A stretch of 64,000 nucleotides of DNA from Octopus sinensis (Eukaryota), in contig NC_043019.1 in NCBI RefSeq assembly GCF_006345805.1, forward strand, positions 10,911,360-10,975,359. Direction: 5' to 3'. Below the pieces are notes generated by a model that was not told the DNA's origin, ran no database searches, and saw only the letters and a list, made by a program, of their open reading frames with translations. Positions 12,957 through 24,604 of the stretch are shown here, in pieces (the stretch's first letter is position 1; every line of letters begins with the position of its first letter). A program made the position numbers and the translations under genes.

Positions 12957-13200
12957 TTAGGTTTACTCCACCATGCCATTGTGCACCTGTAGAGGAGTTC
13001 ACGTGGTTGCAAGCTGAGGTAGTTTCTGCTCTTCCTCTCAACATCCTTTGGGATCCTATTAAAAACTATTAAAAACTATTAAAAAGAAAATAAAAAGAAC
13101 AAAGAGCCAGCCTCCTCCCCTCCTCCTCCTCCTCACCTCCTGATTCAGAAACTTATTTTGAATTTAATCCATCAAATTCCTTTCCATTGCTTCTTTCTAG

Positions 13201-13281
13201 ATGTGCCACTGCGAAAGACTTGTTGAAGAAATTCTACCATCTTCAGGAGGAACGAGTACAGACCTATGCATTATTTGAGGA
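13201..13281 (+). CDS. REX1BD: REX1-B domain protein, internal coding exon (CATAKDLLKKFYHLQEERVQTYALFEE)
   Basis: Polypyrimidine tract plus tctag acceptor and GA|gtgagt donor; 81 nt, phase 2/2; LQEERVQ..LFEEG matches my recollection of human C19orf60 LQAERAQGFRRLEEG. Confidence 0.88.
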
Positions 13282-13656
13282 GTGAGTATTTTCTATTCAT
13301 CATTTAATATTAATCTTATTTTTTATCCCCACCCATCCTCATATAATGTTGCGTAACTATAACCATGTGTCGTCCCTACAACAGCAAACTTGTCCCTGTC
13401 TCTCTTTGTATACTTGTCCAGTCTACAAATCAATGTTGCATATTGTGTTTATACTTGTTGCTATGTTTCCAAGTCCTGCTGCATTTCACATGAAATTTTT
13501 GGTCTTCCAAAGTTGACTTGGTGTATAATTAAGCTCCAGGTTCAATAAAGATACGAATGAGGACTCTAACGTAGGTCATGTATTAAGCATGCATCTATAT
13601 AAACATTAACAGAATGAATAAAAAATCCAAGGCTGTGAATATATATAAATATATAA

Positions 13657-13693
<37 letters not shown>

Positions 13694-15047
13694 CATCATC
13701 ATTTAGTGTCCGTTTTCCATGCTAGCATGGGTTGGACGGTTCAACTGGGGTCTGTGAAGCCAGAAGGCTTCATCAAACCCAGTCAGATCTGGCAGTGTTT
13801 CTACGGCTGGATGCCCTTCCTCACGCGAACCACTCCGTGAGTGTATATATATATATATATATATATTGCTAGCCACTACACATTCTTTATTTTCTCTCCT
13901 TGTTTCTTTCTGTGTTCCTTTCTGTGGAAGAGCGTAGGCTCGAAATGTTAAAGACCTTTTCACTTCCTTAGCATTATACTAATATATCTGTTTGTTGTCT
14001 ACAGCACCTGTCTTTGTCTTTTGTTTTTTTTGGGGCTGTAAATTTTGGTCTTATATAGCTATTATTTGCATGCTCTGGTATGGACATGTCCTCTGTCTCC
14101 TGCTAGATCATCCTACAATCTCACATGAAGCCACTCTCATCCTCTTTACTCCCTCTTAGTTGAGGGGTCTTTTAGTCTTGTGAGCTACACGGCGATCTCA
14201 CTAGTACTGGTTCCATGACAAAAAAGCACCCGGTATTTACTGGTTAAAGGGGTTGATGTCAGGAACAGCAACTAGCTGTTGAAACCATGCCAAAATTGAA
14301 ATATTGGAGCAGGATCCTCTGTCCTACTAGATCCTGTCAAACCATCTAATCCATGCCAGCATCGAATGCAGATGTAAAATGATGATAATGATGTAGGTCT
14401 GTAACAGCCTCTGTCGTATGAAGGAAGCTATTAACCATGTCCAAAGACCTGTACTCAGGAAGACTTGTCCTCCACAGCTGAAGTGTTAAGGCTGCATCCC
14501 CTAGCGAAGAGGATTAGCTTCAAGAGTCCTGTGTAAAAAGCACTCATGTTGGTGCCACGTGACAGGCACTTGTGCCAGTTACATGTAAAAGTGCTCGTGA
14601 CAGTGGCATGTTAAAAGCATCCAGTGCACACTGTGAAGTGGTTGGTGTTGAGGTGGGCATCCAACTGAAGAAACCAAGCCAAATCAGGATGGAGCTTGGT
14701 GCAACCCGACTGGCACCCATGCACGAAAAATGCACCGTTCAAGTGTTGCTGCTGAGCACTTTGCCCGACATGCTAATGATGCTGCTAGCTCGCCACCTAA
14801 TAATAATAATAATAATAATCCTTTCTACTGTAGGTACAAGGTTTAAAATGATGGGGAAGGGGGTTAAGTCAATTACATCGACCCCAGTATTCAACTGGTA
14901 CTTATTTTATCAACCCTGAAAGGATGAAAGGCAAAGCCAACCTCAGCGGAGTTTGACCTCTGTTGTAAAGAATTCACATTATGCATTTTCTTGTGACCTT
15001 GACCTTGTACTATCTCTTTTTTTTTACCTTGACCTATGTCACACCAG

Positions 15048-15252
15048 AGGTTTCCAAGGCTACTTGAAAGGCAAGCCCAACTACAACTTTCCCCTGTTCA
15101 GGCAACTGGTGCATGAGATCACCGAGACATTCCAGAAAATTTCACAGGACGTTATAGTATTGAAGAAGGAATTGGCAGAAATCCATCAACAGAATCTTCT
15201 AGCAGACTGCATCGATAACATCCAACAACAGGAAAAGGACAAACTAGAAGTT
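15048..15252 (+). CDS. REX1BD: REX1-B domain protein exon (GFQGYLKGKPNYNFPLFRQLVHEITETFQKISQDV...EKDKLEV)
   Basis: ccag acceptor, GTT|gtaagt donor, in frame with the previous exon; resembles REX1BD [24 protein letters not shown]. Confidence 0.92.
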
Positions 15253-15514
15253 GTAAGTAAACAATCTTTTTGTTGCAAAAAAAAAAAAAAAAGTAATTCA
15301 CACACGTTTAAAAGGAAAAATTTTTCTAGTGTAGTGTTTTTTTTATGTAGCTCTATTCTTCCTTTATACAAGTTTTGTTTATCGTTTTTGAAATTTGAAT
15401 AAATTGTGTCTCTTTTCGAACATATGACATTGGAGTGCCAAATAGAAAAAGGAAATGAACCAATTTATCTGAAAAACCTCTCTCTGTCTCTCTCTATATG
15501 TATATGTATATATA

Positions 15515-16075
15515 TCATCATCATCGTTTAACGTCCGCTTTCCATGCTAGCATGGGTTGGACGGTTCAACAGGGGTCTGGGGAGCCCGAAGGCTGCACCA
15601 GGCCAGTCAGATCTGGCAGTGTTTCTACAGCTGGATGCCCTTCCTAACGCCAACCACTCCGAGAGTGTAGTGGGTGATTTTATGTGCCACCGACACAGGT
15701 GCCAGACGAGGCTGGCGAATGGCCACGCTCGGATGGTGTTTTTTATGTGCCACCGACACAGGTACCAGACAAGGCTGGCAGACGGCCACGATCGGATGGT
15801 GTTTGTTACGTGCCCACAGCACGGAGGCCAGTCGATGCGGTACTGGCTACCGCCATGTTCGGATGGTTTTCTTATGTGCCACCGGCACTGGTACCACAAA
15901 GATACAAATTCCATTGATGTTCATCTATTTTGATTTGGTTTGATTTTCACTTGCCTCAACAGGTCTTCACAAGTGTCACAAGAAGGAAGGTATGCACAGG
16001 TGGACTGACTACGTCCCAGGTAGGGGCCACGGGTTATGGCCTCACTAGTCTTGCCGGGTCTTCTCACGCACAGTA
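15515..16075 (-). mobile_element. Family C element with internal ~50-bp minisatellite, in a REX1BD intron
   Basis: (CAT)n on the + strand; repeated ttttatgtgccaccgacacagg units; close sibling at 48022-48840. Confidence 0.75.
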
Positions 16076-16578
16076 TATGTAAAATTAGAAAAAAAACACC
16101 TTTTATCAATTCAAAATGAACAATTAATTTACACCATCTAGTAAATTACATATAATAGAAATATTAAAATTAAAATAACAATAAAATGTCAATATATATT
16201 ATGTTGTGTGAAATTTGATTTAGTATTTCTAAATTGAATTTTTTTCCTTGTAAGTTTTGGATTTTATTCCCTCAAATAATAATTATATATATATAAGAGA
16301 TAATGGTGCCATTGAGACCCAGAGGTATCAGGTAATGCTGAATAAGTGCTATAGACACTGACTCAGTAATGACATTTAACTAAGTACCTCTTCATAAGTT
16401 TCAAATTTGATTAAAGCACATTTATTTCATTAGCAGTATAGTCTTGAAAGAATTAATGAAATATCATTTATTTTTCTTCTTTATGTTTCAACGCTAAAGC
16501 TGTGGCCATGCTGGAGCACTGCCAGTGTATTTATTTGTTTATTTATATATATATTTTTTGTTTGTAATTGTCGCACAG

Positions 16579-16664
16579 GTTGCCCAGTTGCAGTTATTGC
16601 GTCAAAAAGTGCAGGACTTTCCTAATGATGAACACCATGAAGAGGTTAAAGAGAAAAAAGTGAG
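16579..16664 (+). CDS. REX1BD: REX1-B domain protein exon (VAQLQLLRQKVQDFPNDEHHEEVKEKKV)
   Basis: cacag acceptor, AG|gtgagt donor, phase 0/2 compatible with neighbouring exons. Confidence 0.88.
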
Positions 16665-16691
16665 GTGAGTGAACAGAAACAGGGGTCAGAA

Positions 16692-17071
16692 AGGCCAGGC
16701 GAAATGCTATTTCGTCTGCCGCTATGTTCTGAGTTCAAATTCCGCCAAGGTTGACTTTGCCTTTCATCCTTTTGGGGTCGATAAATTAAGTACCAGTTAC
16801 GCACTGGGGTCAATGTAATGACTTAATCCCTTTGTCTGTCCTCGTTTGTCCTCTCTGTGTTTAGCCCCTTGTGGGTAGTAAAGGAATAGGTATTTCGTCT
16901 GCTCCTACGTTCTGAGTTCAAATTCCACCAAGGTCGACTTTGCCTTTCATCCTTTTGGGGTCGATAAATTAAGTACCAGTTACGCACTGGGGTCAATGTA
17001 ATGACTTAATCCCTTTGTCTGTCCTCGTTTGTCCTCTCCATGTTTAGCCCCTTGTGGGCAATAAGGAAATA
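16692..17071 (+). mobile_element. SINE family A dimer in a REX1BD intron
   Basis: Two body units; imperfect TSD agaaacagg.g.cagaa on both sides. Confidence 0.85.
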
Positions 17072-17084
17072 AGAAACAGGTGCC

Positions 17085-17500
17085 AGAAATTTAAAAGGGA
17101 AGATCATAGTTAATTACATCGAACCTTGTATTTAAATGGTGCTTTTTTTTTATGAACCTCAGGAGATGAAAGGCAATGTTGATCTACTGGGATTTGAACT
17201 CATAGTGCAAAGAGTTGGAAAAACATACTGCTAAGCAGTTTGTCTGACATGCTAACAATTCTGCCAGTTTGCCGCTTTAATAATAACAATAAAAGTAATT
17301 ATTTCTAATTTCGGCACAAGGCCAGCAATTTAAGAGGGAAAGAGATAATTGATTACATTGAACCCAGTACTTCACTGGTACTTTATTTTATCGCCCCCGG
17401 AGGCATGAAAGGTAAAATCACTTTCAGCAATATTTGAACTTGGAATGTAAAACACCGAAAGAAAAGCAGTTAAACATTTTAGTTTGACATGGTAACAATT
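17085..17500 (-). mobile_element. Two older, diverged SINE family A copies
   Basis: gatgaaaggc...atttgaactc...gctaacaattctgccag is the reverse complement of the family A body and head. Confidence 0.7.
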
Positions 17501-17862
17501 TTTCTTTTTATTGCATAGTCAGGGGGATTAGCAGTGTTTGTGGCTCTTTATAAGGGTCTCTTGAGGAGGGAAGGGGGTAAAACAAAGGAAGGGGTAGAGG
17601 ATATCCTCAAACCAGTGACCTGGCTTGAATGCTTACAGCAGAGTGGACTCTCTCTAAAGATACCCAAGCTAAGTAGTGGTGGTGGTTTCAAACTGGAAAA
17701 TGGATTAAATCTTCTACAGGTAGGTGCAGGTGTAGCTGTGTGGGTAGAAGCTTGCTTCCCAACCACATTGTTCAATAATGATGATGATGGTGATAATAAT
17801 AATAATAATAATAATAACAAAAGACATTCTATCTATGACCATTGCTACTATTTTCTTTTCAG

Positions 17863-17938
17863 GTTGCAGCAGATCAATAACAATATCTGTTCACATATGG
17901 AGGACTTCAAGTATGAAGCTGAAGATCTCTACCATTGA
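17863..17938 (+). CDS. REX1BD: REX1-B domain protein terminal coding exon (RLQQINNNICSHMEDFKYEAEDLYH*)
   Basis: ttttcttttcag acceptor, in frame, TGA stop; resembles the REX1BD C-terminus ISEVLQDLRFDAE. Confidence 0.88.
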
Positions 17939-18201
17939 AACCATTACCATCTACCACAGCTTATATCACTGCCAACCAACTCTTTGTCTTTACACTAGCC
18001 ACATCACTGACTGAAGCTGGCATGGTTATATATCTCTGACCGTCAGCACCATGTCATGCCATTCTGTTCAAGCCTACCACTGACACCTAAGACTATACCA
18101 TTGCACATGCTAATAACACTTACAATTGCAAATACTGTATCATCTCATTGTTTTGTATCGCTGATGTTATACCCTACTGTCAGGCTTACATATATGTATA
18201 T

Positions 18202-18637
18202 GGGAGGGTAATTGTGCCAATAATAAACACATGCACTGATTCGTTTTCACTTCGTTAATAGTTGTCAGTTGGTTAACCAAGTAACCAGTTGGTTAATTAA
18301 TTATTTCCTTACTTATTCTGTCAGTCAGTCATTCAGTTATGTTTGACAGAACCCTGAATGTGACCTGGGAGTAGAAAGGGCATGTCATTCAAGACGTCAC
18401 AAACGGTGATAAAAGGGTATTTAGCAAGCACAACTGATTGATCAACCGAATGATCAGTCAAACAATCGATTAGATAATTAGTTAGATAGTTAACAAATTG
18501 ACAAATAACAAAGAAGTGAAATAAAACCAGTGTGCGTGTTTTTATTAGCCTAAGGACTCTCCCAACCAAGATACAACAAATTTTATTTCAGCACACAAGT
18601 TCACATCAAGAATACAAACCAAATACAAAAACGAAAC
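18202..18637. mobile_element. Second copy of the 6660-7070 element at the REX1BD 3' end
   Basis: Same TIRs and same 3' extension. Confidence 0.7.
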
Positions 18638-18650
18638 GTATATATATATA

Positions 18651-18693
<43 letters not shown>

Positions 18694-19024
18694 CGATGTC
18701 ACCTTGGAGTTTGCAGAGGGGCTGGCATGAGATTACCGGTGATGGAGAGTACTGGTGGACGTGGTCTGCTCTATGCATGATAACACCTCTGGGACCACTA
18801 ACCTGAGCTGACCCCAGTCCCATTAAGCAAGAGTATGAAGCCAAGTCAAGCTATATATGAAATAAAATACAAAATGGGACAAGAACGCAAAACATCTGGA
18901 CAACTAGGTGATACAAAAAGGGAGAACATAACATCCAGACAGACGATACAAAGAAAACAAGGACGGGTCATTCGGAGTTTTCTATCTTCAGTCAAGCACC
19001 AGATTATCCTCGCAATTTCGGCTG

Positions 19025-19057
<33 letters not shown>

Positions 19058-19152
19058 TTACACATATATATATATGAGGTAAAAAAAGATAATAAATGCA
19101 CAAACAAACGGAAAACAGACACAGTAGGTCACCGACTCCTCATCAGTTTATA

Positions 19153-19200
<48 letters not shown>

Positions 19201-19559
19201 TATATACACACACATTGGTTTAGGAGAACAAGAGAAACAAAAGTCAATATACATCGTTTTTAGTATTTCTTGTATCGATACCAATACCTTCTCAGTGGTA
19301 AGTGATCATTGATTTCTCTTCAGTGGTTGTCAATAAATGTCTGTATCAGACTTAATATCATTCAATGGTCTTCTTTGTTAATTTTAGAACATTCCAGAAG
19401 CAAATTTCTGAAATGCATTGGTTTTTTTGTTTTTTTTTCGTCGGTGAAACTCAGAGTGATCTCCCTTTAAAAAGGTGACCTCCCTTGGCAGAGTTCTTCA
19501 ACTATTATACCGGGTTGAGAGAATCTTTCCCGATCCTATAGTTTAAAAAATTTCTTTTA

Positions 19560-21100
19560 AGGATAAATTTGTTTATTCGAAGTAAAAATTCACAGATTCA
19601 AAGAAACAGGAAACAAGAAAGATAAAAACAGACATCACAACTTGCAAAGTCACTTGACACACTGCCTCATGACAGTCACTGCTAACTCTCACTACACACA
19701 ACTGTATGCTACAGAACTAGTCTGAGAACTTTTTGATACTACCTGTTCCATACCATCTTTCTTTTAAGTATCCCTATAAAAAAATGTCCAGTGAATGTGG
19801 AGGGTATTCTGCTGAATGTCTTCATGCAATTCACCTGTTTGGCAAAAATCTCATCAAGGTAGACCTGCTAGACATAAAACTCTACATTTTCAAAGTCCTC
19901 TAGAAAGATTAGTATGACAGTTTGTCACAGCAAATTCAAGAAAATGAGACCAGTCATAGTACCGTCAAAAACCATAAAGTCCGATTAATCATTATGATGA
20001 TGATAAAATAGACCATATTTAACTCCTGGTATATGAGCATGATGTTCCTTCATAATATGCAGATTCTCAGGTCCCCAGAAGGTGCAATTGTGGTGGTTAA
20101 TTGAGCTATAAGGCGGCGAGCTGGCAGAAACGTTAGCACGCCGGGCGAAATGCGTAGCCGTATTTCGTCTGTCGCTACGTTCTGAGTTCAAATTCCGCCG
20201 AGGTCGACTTTGCCTTTCATCCTTTCGGGGTCGATAAATTAAGTACCAGTTGCGCACTGGAGTCGATATAATCGACTTAATCCGTTTGTCCGTCCTTGTT
20301 TGTCCTCTCTGTGTTTAGCCCCTTGTGGGTAGTAAAGAAATAGGTATTTCGTCTGCCGTTACTTTCTGAGTTCAAATTCCGCCGAGGTCGACTTTGCCTT
20401 TCATCCTTTCGGGGTCGATAAATTAAGTACCAGTTGCGCACTGGGGTCGATGTAATCGACTTAATCCGTTTGTCCGTCCTTGTTTGTCCTCTCTGTGTTT
20501 AGCCCCTTGTGGGTGGTAAAGAAACAGGTATTTCTTCTGCCGTTACGTTCTGAGTTCAAATTCTGCTGAGGTCGACTTTGCCTTTCATCCTTTCGGGGTC
20601 GATAAATTATGTACCAGTTATGCACTAGGGTCGATGTAATCGACTTAATCCGTTTGTCCCTACTGTGTTTAGCCCCTTGTGTGTAGTAAAGAAATAGGTT
20701 AATTGAGCCATTTAATTTATATTCTTGCCAAGTACCAATCAGGAAACAGTTCTTTGGTTCGTATCATCCTCATTGAGAGCAATGACTATTCTAAGAATGT
20801 AACTTTTCCAATGAAGGAATTTCCACTGAAAATGAGTTTGAAATTCCTACTTCATTAGTTGTTTGCTGCACAGACTTTCTTCCTTTCTGGGGCTCATTTA
20901 TGTCTCTGGTCTTCCAGAACATTTTTTCTTGTGTTCTTTCTGAACAATTTCATTTCTTCAAACTCCAGTTTGAGTGACAGTAAATGACAGACACAGATTT
21001 GTGTGAGACTCTCTCCTAAACTGTCCTTGCACTTTGATTGCATTTTCAAAACTTCTTGAAGCACTTTAGGAAAAATTTCCTTTCTTCAAAACTTAGTGTT
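19560..21100 (-). mobile_element. Degraded Tc1/mariner-superfamily transposase, split by a SINE A trimer
   Basis: Minus-strand fragments [35 protein letters not shown] resembling LNEDD / NRHNCRYW..EN / WPPRSPDL motifs. Confidence 0.65.
20111..20697 (+). mobile_element. SINE family A trimer inserted in a Tc1/mariner relic
   Basis: Head plus 3 units; TSD ggttaattgagc at 20095 and 20697. Confidence 0.9.
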
Positions 21101-22291
21101 GATTCTACCAATATTTCTAATGGGTTAAATCAAATAAAAGAAAATTGAAAAGAGTTGTTCTTGTTGAAGTTGGCATTAAGGACACTTTTTTTGGATGGAT
21201 GGATAGTGTTGGAACTGGCTGCCTTTCCAGTTGCATACCCAACCTGTCCCTTGCTTTCAATTTGAAGATAATATAACCTTCTATCCTCACTACACAGCCA
21301 TTCACCATTTTCCATTGTGATGTCAAAAATTCCTTTCAATAAATCATATTTTCTTTGTTTTACACATTTATCATAGGTATTCAGTACCTTTCCTACTTTT
21401 ACTTGTACATTTTGAATTGATAAATATGGGAAATTTAATTTCTTTTGCTATAAAAAAGTTACTTCTTTTGAAATTTCATTTGTTCTTGATGGTACCTCCA
21501 AGGTAGAGGCAGTGACTGACAATCTGAAGTTTCATTGGTATCCTGTAGTTATGGACCAAAGAATGCTCTTCTAGAGGACAGGTCTTTTCCTATGTGGGCC
21601 TTGAAATTGCATGAGATTCTTTGTCCAAATTTTTTGTTTCTTTGAGTGACATTATTTTAGATACTCTAGTTGGATAAGCCTATTATTCTGAAAAACAGTT
21701 AACACAGTCAGAGTTTTTAGCATCACAGAAATAGAAAGGAGAGGAAGAAGATATTTCCTAAAGTAGGGCCTAAGTGGTAACAAATTAATAACCCTATAAC
21801 TCCTAAATTACTTAAACTTGAAAGCTGAAGTTTGAGATATACTGCTTCTGTATTGCATTAAGTCAGCAGAACAAGTTTATTAAAGACTTGAGTAGACATT
21901 ATGAACCCCAACTAGAATTTTGCAAAAGTGGTGTTGGATTTCTTCAGTTGGGGGTGACATTTAAAAAAAAACTTGAAATAAAAGTTATTTTTCCAACTCA
22001 TATGAAATTGTTCATCAACCTTTGATACAGGAAATTGTTTAATTCCAAAAAAATCAAAAAGTCATAACCCATCGTCTGGCACCTGTGCCAGTAGCATGTA
22101 AAAAGCACCCACTACACTCATGGAGTGGTTGGCGTTAGGAAGGGCATCCAGCCGTAGAAACATTGCCAGACCAGACTGGACCTGGTGCAGCCTTCTGGCT
22201 TCCCAGACCCCAGTTGCACCGTCCAACCCATGCCAGCATGGAAAGCGGACGTTAGATGATGATGATGATGGTGATGGTGATGATGATGATG

Positions 22292-22343
<52 letters not shown>

Positions 22344-22589
22344 TAAAAGGGCAAGCAACAGGTTGCATAGCCACATACAGAAAAATTAGAAATAGCAGTC
22401 AAAGACCTCTTATTTCTATATATATCTATAGAACTTTTTAAAAAAGTTCCTACCGATAATGGTTATATTTCCATACTGAAATCTACCTGAAAATAATTGT
22501 TGGTTTTTTAAAATTAATAATTATTTACCCTTATATTATATATATATATATATATGCGCACACGCGTGTGTGTGTGTATAAAAGGGTAT

Positions 22590-22845
22590 ATAAATGACAA
22601 AGGAATAAGAAATTATGATCATGAACTTCATTAGCTCACAGCTGTTTCTGCTATAAGATGCGATGCACTCAGAGTTGGGAGGTTGTGTATCACCTTATAG
22701 CTTTATCAGAGCTTCAAAAATTAACTCTGACAAAGCTATAAGGTAATACATAAGCACTCGATTATGAGTGCTTCGCATCTTATAGCAGAAACAGCTGTGA
22801 GCTAATGAAGTTCATTACATAATTTCTTGTTCCTTTGTCATTTAT
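22590..22845. mobile_element. Fold-back repeat with degenerate hammerhead-like cores
   Basis: ~120-bp inverted arms; CTGA(C/T)AAA-GCTATAAG...CTTATAGC-AGAAACAGCTGT. Confidence 0.5.
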
Positions 22846-23404
22846 TCAACTTCTTATTGCACTCTGTACTTGGCTAATGCTTTTTTCTGAAGTAGAGTGT
22901 ATATTGACTTCTAACACCAGGTTATAAGTATCACTACATATAAGTCACTGAAATATTAATATATTATATAAGTGAAATACTAATATATGTGTGTGTGTGT
23001 GTGTGTATATATGTGATTTTAAATGCTATTGTGTTACACATATTTCTGTTACATACAATTAAGCTAATTGTGAGAAATTTCTGTCATCATGTGACACAAC
23101 AACATTCCAAATGATCTTTTCAGAAGAATTCTGTGTTTTAGCCTAAATATGTGTGTGTGTGTGTAGATATATATAAAGAGGTATGTAAATTCTGTTCAAG
23201 GTCAATAAGTACTTGCATACTAAACTATTGGATATACTAATAGAAATACAAAAATATATGAATGTATGTATGTGTGTATGTGTGTATGCATATACATTTA
23301 TGTATATGTCTGTGTGTGTGTTTGTACTGAGATTTTTTGTGCCATGTATATTATCAAATTTGTACAGACATATATATATACAATCATACATACAGTCATA
23401 CATA

Positions 23405-23800
23405 GGTGCAGGAGTGACTGTGTGGTAAGTAGCTTGCTTACCAACCACATGGTCATGGGTTCAGTCCCACTGCGTGGCACCTTGGGCAAGTGTCTCTTAC
23501 TATAGCTTCGAGCTGACCAAAGCCTTGTGAGTAGATTTGGTAGATGGAAACTGGAAGAAGCCCATCGTATATGTATGTGTGTGTGTGTGTATGTTTGTGT
23601 GTCTGTATTTGTCCTCCCAACAGCGCTTGACAACTGATGCTGGTGTGTTTATGTCCCCGTAACTTAGTGGTTCGGTTTAAGAGACCAATAGAATAAGTAC
23701 TAGGCTTACAGAGAATAAGCTCTAGGGTCAATCTGCTCGGCTACAGGCAGTGCTCCAGCATGGCCACAGTCAAATGACTGAAGCATGTAAAAGAATAAAA
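23405..23800 (+). mobile_element. SINE family B
   Basis: Full-length match to the other copies; B-box gggttcagtccc. Confidence 0.85.
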
Positions 23801-24075
23801 AGAAAGAATACACATGTGCGTTTGTATAGCCTTCCCTGGGCATCATGGGATGATTGTAAATAAGTGTGACTGTCAAACATGTGGAATCCCTTGTTTCTGG
23901 TTTTCCATGAAAGAATGTTTGACCATAGAGAAATATTACCTTGCTTGAATATAGGAAGGCTGCCCAGCCACAGAAAATTTGTTCCAATGAATTCTGTTTA
24001 AACTATGCAAGCACGAAGTTGTAGACATCAAAACAATGATGATGAAGATGATATGTATATGCACATACACACTCT

Positions 24076-24115
<40 letters not shown>

Positions 24116-24228
24116 TATGAACTTTTCTTCACCCATTTCCTTCCGGTCATTCAAAATGTGACCGTGTGTGTACCATTGGCGATTTTTTTTCCTCTGTCTT
24201 CCCTTCTCTGGATCTTTCCTTCACCTAT

Positions 24229-24263
24229 GTTTCTGATGAAGAGCTCCGCTCGAAACGTTAAAC
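24229..24263 (+). ncRNA. Minimal type I hammerhead ribozyme (Penelope pLTR type)
   Basis: GTTT-CTGATGA-A-GAGC(TCC)GCTC-GAAA-CGT-T-AAAC: helix I GTTT/AAAC, helix II GAGC/GCTC, palindromic helix III ACGT; lies in a ~230-bp island between (TA)n runs. Confidence 0.7.
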
Positions 24264-24350
24264 CCTCCTTCTTTCCTGAGCGTCCAATAATACTACATTT
24301 GTTCCACATCCTCGTGTTGTGTTTTTTTGTGCTTTCTTGTTTGGATTAAC

Positions 24351-24386
<36 letters not shown>

Positions 24387-24458
24387 ATATATATCTTCCC
24401 TGTCAGTGCATAGACATGTGTTTCTTTGTTGCTCTAGTGGTTTTTAACTCTTATTTCA

Positions 24459-24604
24459 TCTGTCAGTCATATCCACCGTCTTCTCCATAAAGGAAGCTAT
24501 GCCCAACATGTTGGTGCCACACTCCAGTCTACTTGGCTGCTGTAATGGAATATTTGGCTGCAGAGGTGTTGGAATTGGCAGGAAAGACTGCCAGAGATAA
24601 CAAG
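24459..24604 (+). pseudogene. Histone H2A fragment ([16 protein letters not shown] / [27 protein letters not shown])
   Basis: Clear H2A core motif; 1-nt frameshift near 24520; CGT->CAT changes; truncated at both ends. Confidence 0.9.

Noticed and set aside
19985-20257. Recurrent [30 protein letters not shown]
   Set aside because: Antisense translation of SINE family A, not a gene family
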